DNA of 63,519 bases, counting the filler, from Octopus bimaculoides (taxonomy: Eukaryota), in the NCBI RefSeq assembly GCF_001194135.2. It is 6 parts of 5 records of this genome, joined end to end, with 100 filler letters (N's around TTAATTAATTAA, not from the genome) between each part and the next. Parts side by side here need not be neighbours in the genome. Positions count along the whole stretch, not along the records: positions 1 to 31,611 come from NC_068981.1; positions 31,712 to 45,862 come from NC_069000.1; 4 more parts are not named here. One strand, written 5' to 3'. The notes beneath the pieces are model-generated. The model was not told where the DNA came from. It saw only the letters and a program-made list of their open reading frames with translations, and ran no database searches. This document shows positions 24,358 through 38,083 of the stretch, in pieces (the stretch's first letter is position 1; each line of letters starts with the position of its first letter). The translations under genes were made by a program, and so were the position numbers.

Positions 24358-27300
24358 GCTATAATTCCATTCTATCGCAATGAAACATTAATAGTAATAT
24401 GGTATGACAAGTTATCATGAATATGTTACAACGTGAATTTCTATAGTCGAAATCAATTAACATACGTTGAGTTTAATTGTGCTTTCTAAAAGATTATTTG
24501 CCGATGCTTATCTTTAGTATTAACACTGAGAAGTAGAATATATATGATGCCAATACATAGTGCAGATTGTTCAAATTCTCGATATTTTATGAGCAAACAT
24601 TTGAAATGACTATATAGAGATTTTTTTTTAAGAGGACATATCGACAAACTATCATGAAGAAAATCAAATAGATAGAATATATGTTTGCGAGCATATTGTT
24701 ATGTGCATATTTGTGGTTAGGAGAGAAAGAGCGATGACAACGAGTGTTGTTAATGGGTTTATATGTGTCGAATATAATTCTGAAGAACAATGATTAATAT
24801 TTAGTTTCGGGTGACAGAGAGAGAGTGAGAGGTAGAGAAATGTAGAAAAGAGCGAGAGAAAGTGAAAGAGTACGAACGGATTCAGTAAGATTCGAAGAGT
24901 AGAAAGTTGTATTTCAGAGCAGTGATGAGTATTTATTGCTAACCGTTTCCATAATATAAATACCAGTAATTAAATGAGGCGATTCGTCGATCATTATGCT
25001 GCATTCCCTATCCTATGAACATTGGCCTAGTATCTATGAAGAAATCAATAGAAACCAATACTATCACGCGTTTTCTCCTCTCTAAGAAACTATAAGGTCA
25101 TTTAATTGCTAGTTCTAAAAACGTAAATAAGTAAATAAATAAATCTCAGTGCCTACATGAAATCTTGAAGCAGAATTTCGAAAGAAATTTAAAATAGCAT
25201 ACATCATCTAGATGATACAAGGCCAGTAGCATTTCAGTTCTCATCAGTTCAATGAAGTTGTGACATGAAGATCAGGGAACCACTTGGGGGAAACAAGAAT
25301 TTCCGATCTGTCACTTCTGTTGATTGTCTTCTCTGATGTAGAAACACTATAGCACCATGTCAATACTTAGTTTTCTTACAATCAATGTCTAACCAACTTT
25401 ACAAACACGTCCACATGTCAACCTCAAAAGTGTATGTGGATTTCTACTTTAAAAATTGATTTTTCCCCTTGTTACATTAGTTGAGTGCGTATATGACATA
25501 TATGATTAGTAATAAATATTGATAGTAAAACAGAAAAAAATAGAGGTATAAAAGTGTATTGAGTAATTGTGTGTAGTGAGCGTCGTGGAATATAAATTGC
25601 TGGGAAATTTAAAAACCTGCTCCCATGTTTCGATACCTCGGATCGTTATCTGCACGTTATCAATGCCCTATTGATACTGAACACTCTCCTTAACTACCGT
25701 AACAAATGAATTACACGCAAAACACAAATACACACACGCACGAATAGACAAACAACACACACGCATAGATGTGGTGTGAGTGTGACATTCATCTTCTAAA
25801 ACTTTATATTTCTTTTTTCCTTCTGTTGGCACATAAGTATAGTTTATTCTTCCCACTTTTATTGAATTAAAAGTAGAAGTAATTTATGTGCAATGTAAGG
25901 TGTATATGGTGAACAAAATGTAAATAAATAGATTCCGATTAGAATTAAACATATTGTATGTAGGGTTCATTTTCTGATCGAAAAGGCGTTACTGTATATA
26001 CGTCTCATCAGGAGCCACGCGAAATTATTCGTCCTCATTATTGCTAAGGTGAAGCATTCAGCTGTAGCTCAGAGAAGGGACAGGTCCTTGCGGTAGAACA
26101 ATAGATATTAGATGTTGGTTACATAGAAACGAAGCAGAATAACACTGTTTGGAGGCATTTTTCGGATATAGAAACTAAATTTGGTTCCCAATAGGCACGA
26201 TTTATGGATTAAAAAAATTACTTCCTTCATATATTTCCATTGTATCCTATATATCGATAGTTCATGCTACATATGCACAATTGTGATGAACTTTTTATTG
26301 AAATTCATTAATGATATAGCTAACGTCGTTCATAAGGCCATTATGATGAGCTACAAATAATGAATTGCATCTGCGGTTAATAGAAAAGTCCTTTTGGAGA
26401 TCCAGTACAAACAATACTAGATTTTAATTGACTTTTATCACCATGATTTACATCGCAATTAATTATATACTTTTGAAGGGAAAAATAATTGAAATAACTA
26501 AGCTATCTTGTTGCTGGGAAAATAACGCTATTTAAACATTATGACGACTGAAATATGTAGCATTGTGTTAACTGCAAGAACAGACGTTCTTGGATATAAC
26601 TGATGATAATCAGCTATTGTCTGTTGAAGGACAGTGTACTTTGCCACTTAGAAGGATAATTCTACGGCATTCATGTGTTGGTCTCGTCTCTACCTCGTAG
26701 GACTTAGACCGCACGAGAGATAATTGGATTGGAGAAGCATCATAGAATATTTTAAATGATTACTGAGCATGCTAGAAATAGTCGGTAAGCCCCCATCAAC
26801 TTACAACCTAAAGTTTTTATAACAGAGAAATATTAAATTACACAATTCTACATAACTTGTAGTGCTAAAGACTATTGGAATCAGCTGGAAATCACCTGGA
26901 GCTAAATAAAATCAAACGCTGAAACAATTCAGCCAGCATGCACCTTAAGAAAATTGGAAGTGGCAATATCAGCATACAAAATCATCAAAGCGTGAATCCT
27001 TCAAACATATTCTTGCTCTGGAAATTACCAAGTTACGTCTGACTAGATATTACATACCCGGATTACCCCTTCTAGCTATCTTTGATATGTTCTCTCAATT
27101 CCTGTAAAATTACATCAATTGCGTAATTCAGTTACTACGATAACTAGGGAATTAAAAGACTCTATACAAACCTTCACGGGTGTCCTCCATGTAACTCCCA
27201 CCTCATTGTTCCTTGTACTTCATGTACATATATCGACAACCTAGTAAACCAATCCTAATCCAACCGGTTGCTACAAAGCTAACTGGCCATCCAACTTATT

Positions 27301-29354
27301 CTGCAGTGCGACTCACTACTCACCTTATAGCCGCATGTACCAGTGTATGCCATCATATGACTGGACGTAAACTACTATGAATTCTAAGCGTGGAAGTATA
27401 ACCCCTCCATTACTGAGGGTATGTCCCCATCAACTTACAACCTAAAGTCTTCATAACAGAGAAAGGGGTGTTTGCACTTGCCATCGTATAAGTCATAAAC
27501 TGTCATGATTTGTAAGTGTTGTATTATATAGAAAGACACTTCAGCAACGAACCCTTGTTCTAAGAATTATATCTAGCATTCAATTATGATTACATTGCAG
27601 TATGATCACCATAAATTCTATACTACGTGATGAAGTATTATTGAAATAGATGGTCGTTTACGAAAATTTCATAGAACTTATTTAATACACATTCATAGAA
27701 ATATACAAAGGAAACAACAGTGCTTGCCACAAGGACGAAACAAACTCCACATAACGCCGCCAGCTTTATTTGCAGCACTACTACCACTAATTTAGGCAAC
27801 GTACATACAATATACATCTCCCATTTTCATTATAAATTCTATTCCTTGATAATTTTGTTTCGTCACTTCATTTGCTTAACTCTATTATATTTCGTTCTTT
27901 CTGGTTCGTTCGATCATACACATGAAGGCAAGGCCTTAAACATTGTCTCCATCATATAGAACCCAGAACTAATTCCAATTTCCTACTTATGTTGTCAAAC
28001 TCTTTTTAGCAAACATCTATGTTGCAAGATATAATGCTCATGTTGTTGAACAATGGGATCAAGCCCACATCATGTGATGTCGAAGAAGACTTCATGAACA
28101 CAGTAAAATATTTTCATTCAAAATTGATAACTAAAAATTGCCAACAATTCTGTGACCAGCCAGAGTGTATACGAATAAATTACTCATTGGTTAACTCATT
28201 GGCTTTTAATTGCACAAGAAGATATAAATAATAATGATAACACAAACATTATATTACTTAAGTTTTATTCAGGGAGTGTAATCATAAAATTATTTTTTGG
28301 ATAAGGCTAAATATTTATAAGTATTTTACTCTTAAATGTGTTATAAAATTTCTATCGAAGACATTGCTACGATGTACTCTGGATATTACCAATTATTTAA
28401 GAAATCAATTTGAATCAGTATCGAAGCGTCTGACTAAACAAGAAATAAATGGAATAATACTAGGTTAACATGTAGAGTCATTGGCTGTTGTTTAGTGCCA
28501 AATCAGGTGTGGTTAGATAGACATGTGGTTAAAGATATTCTACATATGGGCATCCCGTTTTTACTTCTCTTCGGGTACTTAAAGATTAAATTATCCAACT
28601 TGTCACACCTATTTCAACGGTATGTTGTGATGAGGAATTGCTTGGTAATTCTATCGAAATGATCGACAATACAGAAGTTTAGTATCGTTCATTCGTGCGG
28701 GAATATTTCATCTCTTCAGTTCTTACAAGAGAGAAAGCGAGGGAAGAAGGGAGAATTTAATGACCTACACTTTTGGAGAGTTGCCTTAGTAATTTGAGAG
28801 ATGATAAGTAAATGTTGTAAATGTCAAAAGTTTCTGCGTCAGTAGAAGGGTAAGTGGTTTCAGCAGAATTCTTTGAAAGATGACTGAGAATAATTTTAGA
28901 TGTAAAGTTAGAATCTAGTTAAGGAAATCTATAGTTCTGCTTTAACAAGGTAGGATCAAAACACATGCATAGACCATACATTAGTGAAAGCAATGGAAAG
29001 CTTAAAGAATACATACACATTTCATGTATTAGAAATACACATAGTAGGTTTATATATTAATATATATATATATATATAGCGATACCAATGAGCACTTGCA
29101 CCTGCTTATGTGTTTATGCACGCGTCTCGGTCATGTTCCTGTACGCGATTGTGAGTATATGAATGCATGATGTGTTTATGGGTGCAGTTATGTAAGTGAT
29201 GAATGTGAGACTCTATTATCAAATGTGTAAACATGATCTGTGTGTGCGTATGTGATACTGGAAGAAACCGAGAAGATATAAAGTAAACCACAAAAGGAAA
29301 CGAAAAGAAAATGAAACAAAGTTGCAATTTTACCTTAAAGTAAACTTACAACGA

Positions 29355-29700
29355 TTTAGCTATCGAACATTTTAGTGACACCACGCTATACGAAAAAGTA
29401 ATAATCACACTTAGTCATCTTGAGGCCACTATTAACCCTAACCGAACTAACATTTGTCACAAAAGCAAGCTCTTGACTTAACTTCACATCTAAAAATACC
29501 TCTCTTCGATTTTGCTATCGTTTAGCCGGGCTTACATAAACCTATATAGCCGCAGAGAATGACAGTCTGTTATATATAAAATTTCTTGACTTTTATCTAA
29601 ACTCTTCGAACCTTTACTAAGCACATTACCCGGATACGTCGAAAGTTCCACCCAAATCTTTAAAAAAAACTCAAAGATATCGACCTCCACCGTACATAGA
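29355..29700 (+). mobile_element. Penelope-like RT remnant
   Basis: Frameshifted LAIEHFSDTTLYEKV ... FLDFYL / PLLSTLPGYVESSTQIFKK resembles the PLE RT motifs 'LSD..TY' and 'FLD..L.P....LPSY'. Confidence 0.5.
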
Positions 29701-29806
29701 AATACCCGAAACCCTTCCAGTATAGAAGTAGTTTCATTCTATACTTCCGTTCCGGGTTTTCTGGCTGTGCACATCATAACTAACTGCATTGTGTCTCCTA
29801 TTTTGT

Positions 29807-30020
29807 TTTCTTCTTCTTCTTCTTCTTCTTCTTCTTCTTCTTCTTCTTCTTCTTCTTCTTCTTCTTCTTCTTCTTCTTCTTCTTCTTCTNNNNNNNNNNN
29901 NNNNNNNNNNNNNNNNNNNNNNNNNNTCTTCTTCTTCTTCTTCTTCTTCTTCTTCTTCTTCTTCTTCTTCTTCTTCTTCTTCTTCTTCTTCTTCTTCTTT
30001 TTCTTCTTCTTCTTCTTCTT
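29807..30020. repeat. (TTC)n microsatellite with internal gap
   Basis: Long TTC run either side of Ns. Confidence 0.95.
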
Positions 30021-30214
30021 CAACATTTTGCCCCTCATTTCTGGACAACGACCTTTTCCATCCCTTGCCTTTCCACATGGGGTAAAACTACATCATTTGC
30101 ATTCTTTTCATTTCTTTTATAGTTTACTTTATATCTTCTCGCATTGTTCCAGCCTTTTATAATCTCTTTAAATATCACACAATGCTTCACCAAAACCACT
30201 CCATACATACATAA

Positions 30215-30260
<46 letters not shown>

Positions 30261-31154
30261 CACACACACATATGTGTGTATCTATATGTATATATATGCA
30301 TATGTATATGTATGCATGTATGTATGTGTGCATATGTGTATATATGTATTTATTTATGCATGTATGCATCCGCATTAACGCGCAGTATAAGCCAGATGGT
30401 ATTAGAAATATCAATATTGTTATCATTAAATGCCATAGATAGCTGGTCGGTGCCGTGCTGTATTTGTCTGTTTGCCGTAATATGAACCAGAAAATTGGTT
30501 GTGGATGTTGAAACAGACATCATACATTCTGATGAATAATTCGTGACATTGCGTGACCTCTGGGTTTGCTGCTGTTGCGCGGTAAAATAGTGTTTCAGCT
30601 TTCAATAAACTGTCTACAGTACACAGCTTCATCCTTTCACATCTGCATATATTAGATACTCTGTTCTTAGTCTTCTTGAGTGGAATTTTTAGAGCGAGGA
30701 TATTCTCTGTAATAATTATGTAACTATCTTTCTGTTGAAGTACAAAAGATTTATTTCATGAATAATTTGGAACATTTGTGTCTTATAGGAAGATGTAACA
30801 AAATAGTAATTAGTGGGAAAAATGAATAAATTTCGTAAATGTCAAATGTATTTGCGTCATTCGAAGGATGAATGGTTTTGGCAGAATTTTTTGTTTAAAA
30901 ATGACCTCAAATATTTCAAAATATATTGTTAACATCTTGTAAAGTAAATTTACAGCACTGTTTTAGAAGGCGGAAACAGGTTAGATGCGATGGCTATACG
31001 TAATGAAAGTTTTAAAAATTATTGTTGCTTTATGTATTAGAATATTTTTAATAGTACCTACACAAATATTTACATAATATATGTGTGTACGTATATATTC
31101 CTATAATAATATATATGAACATATGCTGGCACACATACATACATGCATACACAC

Positions 31155-31155
<1 letters not shown>

Positions 31156-31217
<62 letters not shown>
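31156..31217. repeat. (GATA)n microsatellite
   Basis: Visible tetranucleotide run. Confidence 0.95.
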
Positions 31218-31545
31218 CATATATATATATAATATACGAGAAGTTTTCGTCAAGGTGGCTCATAGGTATGCACTTAGAATACTCAATTTGGTTGAACATG
31301 CGATTTCGTGACTGTCTTTCTAAAGGGGCTAGAAGTGGCGTCTCCTTGAGCATGTATGTTTTGATTAAAAGAAAAATAAAGAGACAAATGGTTTGGCAAG
31401 ACTTGACAAGGACATTTAATTCTATATTAGTAAATTTAGCTATAAAACTAAATTAAATATCCGTGTCAAGTCTTCTCGCCAAAGCGTTTAGCTCTTCATT
31501 TCTGTCTTAATCTACATACACACACAGATACACACACAGACACAC

Positions 31546-31611
<66 letters not shown>

Positions 31612-31711
31612 NNNNNNNNNNNNNNNNNNNNNNNNNNNNNNNNNNNNNNNNNNNNTTAATTAATTAANNNNNNNNNNNNNNNNNNNNNNNNNNNNNNNNN
31701 NNNNNNNNNNN
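31612..31711. other. Artificial scaffold-join spacer
   Basis: 44 N + TTAATTAATTAA (31656-31667) + 44 N. Identical spacers at 45863-45962, 52712-52811, 55238-55337 and 61190-61289. Confidence 0.95.
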
Positions 31712-32312
31712 CAATGCATTTAAATGAAGAAAAAATTGCTTCAAATGAAATTCAGTTTAATAGCATTCATTTAGTTAAATGTCTAATATTGAAGCATTCT
31801 GGCTGGAAGTCTTGGAATATAAAGATGCTACTGGAGGAAATCCTTTTAGAGATGTTGCAAATTTTGCCATTAATCTATTGACATTACCAAACTCAAATGC
31901 AGAAGTTGAACGGTTGTTCAGTAGTATGGGTGTAATCAAATCAAAATTGAAAGACAAAATGCTTCTTCCTATGCTTAGATCAATACTGTCTATAAAATAT
32001 GGCCTGAAAAGATATGGCAAATGTTGCAAAAACTTTGATATTCCAAAACACATAATTAACAACATTGGGACCTTAAATGTATGCAGAAGTCAAGACCTAG
32101 GCCCTGCAGCCGAAAGTGATCAAATCAGTGAAATTCAAGAAATTATTTCTTAATGCTGAATATAATTAAAGAAAGTAAATAAAAATGTAAATAAAAATTA
32201 AGCTTTTTGATATAATTAGACTTTAGCATTTTTTTGTCATATTTAGCATTTTTTTGGTATTTTTTCTACTGAAATTTAGCATAAAGTTCTGATTTTTTAG
32301 TTGGCAACACTG
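31712..32312 (+). mobile_element. hAT transposon 3' end: transposase dimerisation domain, subterminal repeats, TIR
   Basis: ORF 31779-32153 FWLEVLEYKDATGGNPFRDVANFAINLLTLPNSNAEVERLFSSMGVIKSK carries the hAT C-terminal SNA.VER.FS motif. TTAGCAT subterminal repeats; the end reads CAGTGTTGCCAACT on the reverse complement. Confidence 0.85.
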
Positions 32313-32809
32313 GTATGCGTGCATGCATGTGTGCACGTATGAAAGGTTTCTTTCAATTTTCATCAAGCAAATCCACTCCCAAAGCTTTGAGGGTAGTTTC
32401 TTCTCTGAAGACCTGCTGTTCAGATCTCTTGAGAGTTTCTTACCACCACTAGTTCAAGATGCACTAATAAAAGACAGGATGGTCATGATTGGAAAATCTC
32501 TAATCATAAGCCTGTTAGATGGGGGTTTAACTGAAGTTAAACAATAACAACAACAAGATAGTTGACCTAACTATATGGAACCTATACACAGTTGAGTAGA
32601 TTGGGCTGTTTGAGAATTAAGTGCTGTGTGGGTGGTGGTGAGGGGACACTATAATGATTGTAACAGGATATAGACCTCTCACTGTCAATTCAGCCAACTG
32701 CTCTGTTTCAAATTATAATTCTGTCTCATTGCCCTCATTTCCCACAACTCATCATGCTTTTGTTCTTTTGCTGGGCACTGCCTTCAAGGCTTTAGGCAAT
32801 CATATCAAT

Positions 32810-33073
32810 CCTTTTACTTATTTTATACTTGGTACTTATTCTTACTAATTTCTATTTGTTGAACTGTCAGAGATACAAATAAAAACCTAGACACAGACAC
32901 ACACACAAGGGTGTTTGTACAGTTTCTATTTACCAACTTTCATACTTCATTCAGAAGACATTGATCAACCTGAGGCTATAAAAGAAAACAAATGCCCAAG
33001 ATTTCATGCAATGTAATCAAACCAGAAACCATGTGGTTGTGAAGCAACCTTCTTAACCACACAGCCATGTCTG
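32810..33073 (-). mobile_element. SINE family B, degenerate
   Basis: CTGAGGCTATAAAAGAAAACAAATGCCCAAG...CCATGTGGTTG...CTTCTTAACCACACAGCCA. Confidence 0.75.
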
Positions 33074-33144
33074 CCATCACAGTAGGTTTTAATTCATCAT
33101 TTTTCTTTTAGAAATGGTTAATCATAGAATACTATGAACTTTAC

Positions 33145-33307
33145 CTTAAGTGCCTGGCAGTTTGACAAATTAAGGTCCTGCAGGTTATTACAGCTACTTA
33201 TTGCCATGAAGGAAGAAATCTGAATACATTGGCAGTTTCGCAGATTTAAGTGCAGCAGATATGGACGGTAGAGGTAAATCAGTTTGCTCACAGTCAAATC
33301 ATTCAAC
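33145..33307 (-). CDS. FBXL13: FBXL13/DRC6-like exon, first LRRs (163 nt, phase 2 to 0)
   Basis: ttctag|G TTG AAT GAT...CTT AAG|gtaaag. Encodes (R)LNDLTVSKLIYLYRPYLLHLNLRNCQCIQISSFMAISSCNNLQDLNLSNCQALK, matching the RP.L.HLNLR.C and C.NLQDLNLS.C segments of FBXL13. Confidence 0.88.
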
Positions 33308-33720
33308 CTAGAAATGTAATGGTATATGTCAAAAAATATCAAACACTCACTAATTGGTTTTAACATAAATACAAATCATTGTCCTTATCATTATCAGTTT
33401 TCCACTGATTTAGAATGCAATCTAGACTATAGTGATACATAGATGAGTGTTCACTATGTTTGATCAATGACTGACTTTATTTTTGTCATTACTCATCCTA
33501 TATTACATTGACACACAAAAAAATTAAATGCATGCAAGGTGCAAATGAGCACAATTGTGTGGTGGTATTGATAGTTCATCAAGAAAAAGATGTACACAAA
33601 CAACTAATGAAAATTCTAAATTCGGATGATATACCATTAATGGTCAAATAATTAATTATTTGTAAAAAAGCCTATTCAATGAATTGCCTGTTGATAAAAA
33701 ATTGTACCATGACTTCTTAC

Positions 33721-33746
33721 CTATGGCTTATTTCATGAAGATTAAG
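33721..33746 (-). CDS. FBXL13: FBXL13-like 26-nt microexon (phase 0 to 2)
   Basis: ctttttttttgtttcag|CTTAATCTTCATGAAATAAGCCATAG|gtaaga encodes LNLHEISH(R). It is exactly the phase bridge required between the flanking exons. Confidence 0.85.
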
Positions 33747-34094
33747 CTGAAACAAAAAAAAAGATGTGTTTAACATTGAAAAAAATGAATATTATATATA
33801 ACCGTTAAAACTTTGGGGAGATCAGAGGTGATCTTCTTTAGTAAGAATCAATTTAGTAAAAATTAATTTTATGTTCCTTCAAAGATTGCTGACCTTGCGT
33901 CTAAATTAGAATCTACTGTGCTAGCAATCGATATACCTCAATTTTAGTTTGATTTAATTTTATCTTTTGAAATTTTTTTTTTTTAACAAAAACAATTTAC
34001 AAAAAAATTCTTGTAGCACTAATATGGTCAAACTTTAGTGCTAATATTGATTTCAAAAATTGATGGAAGACCATAAACTTTGAGGAAGGATATA

Positions 34095-34230
34095 ATCTAT
34101 TATACTGACCCATTGCTTGACTGGTACCATAAATCAACTACTGAGAAAGGATAAAATGCAAATCTGACCTTGGCAGGATTTGAACTCAAAATGTAAGGTA
34201 TTTTGTTTGATACTCTAATGGATTCTAAAA
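34095..34230 (-). mobile_element. SINE family A, degenerate
   Basis: Minus strand TTTGAGTTCAAATCCTGCCAAGGTCAGATTTGCATTTTATCC...GTACCAGTCAAG. Confidence 0.65.
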
Positions 34231-34390
34231 GTGATACTCTAACTCACACATATATAAAATACAAATTTTATGTAAACAAAAATCATTCCTGGTGAATCTC
34301 TGAAATGAGATGAAAGCATTAAAGAAACGATTATCCAAAATTCTAACTACCGCTTTTTCTTAATATATAAAGTAATCTATACCTATTTAT

Positions 34391-37300
34391 TTGAATGTAC
34401 AAGACATCAGAATGAATGAATTACAATTAAACTTACAACTGAAAGGTACCAGAAATGTGGAGGAAGTCTTCACAGAAATATCTAGTAAGTTGAATCTAAT
34501 TATCTCAAAATTCAACACTATTTTCACCACCAAAGGTAAAGTTGTGAATGGCATTCATGCACAAGGAACTCTTCTTAAAGACATTCTAGCAATAAAGACC
34601 AACAAAATAGATTCTACCAATGAGCCATCCCTATCTAAAAGAAAACTTTACTAGAGAGGAACAAAAGTTGATACACAAAAGCAAAAACCATTAAAACAAT
34701 AACTCTAGAATAAACTTCTAAATCAAAACAAACATGCATATTGGAAAAGTATTCGATATGATAACATAGCCAACACATGCCAAAATTGGCAAAACAAAGA
34801 AAACTCAATCCTCTCCAGAAAATTCCTCATGAGAAAAATGAAGGGTGAAACGCTAGAAAAGACAACAATATATATAAGCTTAGCATTATGCCATTTGGAA
34901 ACTGAAATATCCCTTTTCCAATCATGAAAAATTCAAAACAATTGATGTAGTCATGTTTACTGAAATTTCTGAATGAAATGATAATCAAAATCAAGAAAAA
35001 CAACAACTATAGAAAGAAGACACTAAATGGGAAGAAGAAAAATCCACAAAAATGTGGGGAAAACATCAGGAGTGGTTCACTAATTACTAAATAACTGAGG
35101 AGAAAAATCAATTATGAAAACAAAACCACAACAAGAAATAAAAATCAAAGAAAAACATGGAAATCGATCCCAGAGGAACCAGACAAAGATATCAGGCTTC
35201 CAGTCATCCAAAGACATTTGCAGAGATGGCCTCAAGATCATCTCAAATACAAACTGGAAACCTATATGCCACAATGCCAAAACATAACTTTACTACAAAC
35301 ACACAAAATATAGAAGACAACCAGCAAACCATAATACCAAATATCCTAGATGGACAAAAACATGGGGAGAAAGACAAAGAAAAAAACAGACAAAATAAAA
35401 ATCATAATACAAACAAACATCATAGAGGCTTAAGAAATCCACAGTTAACAACCAATAATCCCAGACATCTTGAATGGCCTAACAAAAATAAATGAGGATG
35501 GTAAGAAGACAGATACTATATGCAATGTATTCTATGCAGAGAGCAAAGAATATTTTCTCACCTACAAAGAAATAAGAAACCCCAGAAATATAAAACGTAG
35601 AATCATTAGCATGCTGGTCAAAATGCTTAGTGGCATTTTGTCTGAGGTCAAATTCTGCCAAGGTCAACTTTGTCTTTCATCCTTTTGGGTTGATAAAATA
35701 AGTACCACTTGAGTGCTGAGGTTGGTGTAAATAACTTACCCTCCATCCTCGAAATTGCTGGCCTTGTACCAAAATTCACAATCAATGTTACAACTCCTTT
35801 TTTAGGGAGAACATACTACAACCAGACCCCAGATCTGATGAAACAAAATATTTGAATAAATCCACAGAACATAAAGAGCCTAAAATTATAAATTTATCAA
35901 AAAAAAACCTCAATGAAAATTAAATAAATCTTTTATTGAAAGGTTTCAAATTTACCCCTGCACCTGCTCCTAAAGCTCATAGAACTAAAAGCAAACATTG
36001 AATATTTTAGTCACCACCTCTGCCTTATAGAATTCTTCAGCAATAAGAATTTAAAAGATGAGTCAGTTGTCAGAAATAAATCCTACTTCACCCCTTAGAT
36101 GGGGAGTGAAAAGCATTTAGATACATATATAGACACAATTTCCAAATTACCTCCCAGTGCCTATAAATGCAAACAAAACCTTTGTAGAGAAGAAAAGGAA
36201 GCTTTACTAGCACTGAAGAATAACAACTCTTCATCCTAAAAGAATCCAATAAGGGTAGGGTAATAGTGATTAGGGACAGGGACTGTTATAAAGACAAAAT
36301 ACTGGAACATGTAACAGACCGAAATTACTATAAGGAAGAAATGAGAATTCCAGAAAAAATAATAATGAATAAAATCAGAACATGAATTAGTTAATACCCA
36401 GACTCCTTCACAGATAAAGAAATAGACTACTTATGTAACTCTGAAATTAAAGAGTGCAATTTTTGTGGATTACACAAGATCTACAAAAGCTTAGAAATAC
36501 AGAGAGCCATAAATAAACAAAAGAACCAGTACTTAAAAATACTAAGAGCCACTGATCTCAAATTGAGATAAATAAAGGGCACTGCTATGGGGACAAAATT
36601 TGCACTCTCATATGTTAACTTGGTTATCGGTTTTTTTGAAGAAAAACTATACAAAGTAGGAAAAATTCTCGATCAAAATTTTAAGAAATGCATTATTGAA
36701 ATGTGGAACCACTTCATCAATGACTGCTTTATTTTGGGAGAGAAATCAAATAATGAGCTACAAATATTCAATAACATTGTGGACACCATTCATGAGTTAC
36801 TATTCCTGGACATTCATGTAATAATATATGACTCCACAGTAACAACAGAAATATATTTTATGAAAAACAGACACACATCAGTATTTGAACTTCTACTCTT
36901 GCCATCCTTCATATATCAAAAGGAAAATTCTATATAGTATGACCAGACATAGCTGTGCAATAGTAGCTGATCCAAATATATGTCAAATTCGACTCAATGA
37001 ATTCAAAGGCTTCCTTAAAAAAAAGAGTTTCCTCTTAAAATTAATAAATGAGGGGATTATAAAGATGATAAAAACTGGACATCATACAACTGAGGACATC
37101 TAAGAAAAAAATTAAAGAAAATACTATTCCATTTATCAATAGACATAATCCCAAGGTGACCAACATTTTCCACACTATAAAAACAAATCTACTAATATCC
37201 TTACAAAGCCCCAAAATGATAAATCTGGTTCATAAAAACTTTGTACAAAACAGTAAACATCAGTCAAAAAATCTTAAAAACACATCTCATGGGTCCAAAA

Positions 37301-37740
37301 ATTTACATCAGAGGATAATCCAGAATTCTTCATGAAGGACTGCAGAGATAATAGATGTGGACTATGTAAAACAACAACTTCAAATATTTGGACATTGGTT
37401 CTCAGATAAAATTTAAAAGTGGATTCTCCTTCCAAGTAAATGCAGATATGAACTGCAAGATACAGGATCTCATATACTGCATAACCTGCTCCAATTGCAA
37501 AGAAAACTATATTGGTGAAACCAACAATTTCCTTTGCTAACATATAAGAATCCACTGACAATATATCATACAATATGAATTATGAAAGTTTCCACTGAGT
37601 AAGTATCTGGAAATATGTGGAAACAGCAAATTCAAGATCTTTCCCTTCTACAAAGCCCAAGGGATGAACCATCCCAGAAAAAAGCCCATTTTCTACAGCT
37701 GAGTAGCATACAAAAAATACAACGCAATTTCAACCATCTC
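34391..37740 (+). mobile_element. Penelope-like element, near full length but decayed (RT + GIY-YIG), intronic and antisense to FBXL13
   Basis: KIINLSKKNL...LLLKGFKFTP (~35880), FCGLHKIYKS (~36460), GTAMGTKFALSYVNL...WNHFINDCF...FLDI (36580-36760), SCHP (~36900), and GIY-YIG NCKIQDLIYCITCSNCKENYIGET (~37450-37525). Confidence 0.88.
35620..35785 (+). mobile_element. SINE family A nested in the PLE
   Basis: CTTAGTGGCATTTTGTC...GGTCAACTTTGTCTTTCATCC...GATAAAATAAGTACCAC...AAATTGCTGGCCTTGTACCAAAATT. Confidence 0.8.
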
Positions 37741-37934
37741 AGAAAAACACCCTGTTAACTCTTTCTTTCTGCTTATATTTCTTGCTTTCACTTTTTCCTT
37801 TTTTCCTCCCTCTAACCAAGCCTCCCAAAATTTACCACACACACATACTTACACATACATAACCACACATATACACACACATAGGTTTAAAATAACAAAG
37901 AACATTCTCTTCCCAATTCAAATTCCAAATTTTT

Positions 37935-37998
37935 CAACTGTACCTGAAACCATGAGGTCAGGAAGCAAACTTCTTAACCACACAGCCATGCCTGCACC
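37935..37998 (-). mobile_element. SINE family B head
   Basis: GAAGCAAACTTCTTAACCACACAGCCATGCCTGCACC. Confidence 0.7.
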
Positions 37999-38022
37999 CA
38001 TATATATGTGTGTTTGTGTGTG

Positions 38023-38083
<61 letters not shown>

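Noticed and set aside
27058-27101. Exon-like ttttacag|44 nt|gtatgt on the minus strand
   Set aside because: Stops in all three frames; no support as a coding exon.
30545-30644. Minus-strand ORF CERMKLCTVDSLLKAETLF considered as the next FBXL13 exon
   Set aside because: No LRR pattern, wrong phase, and it lies across an artificial spacer.
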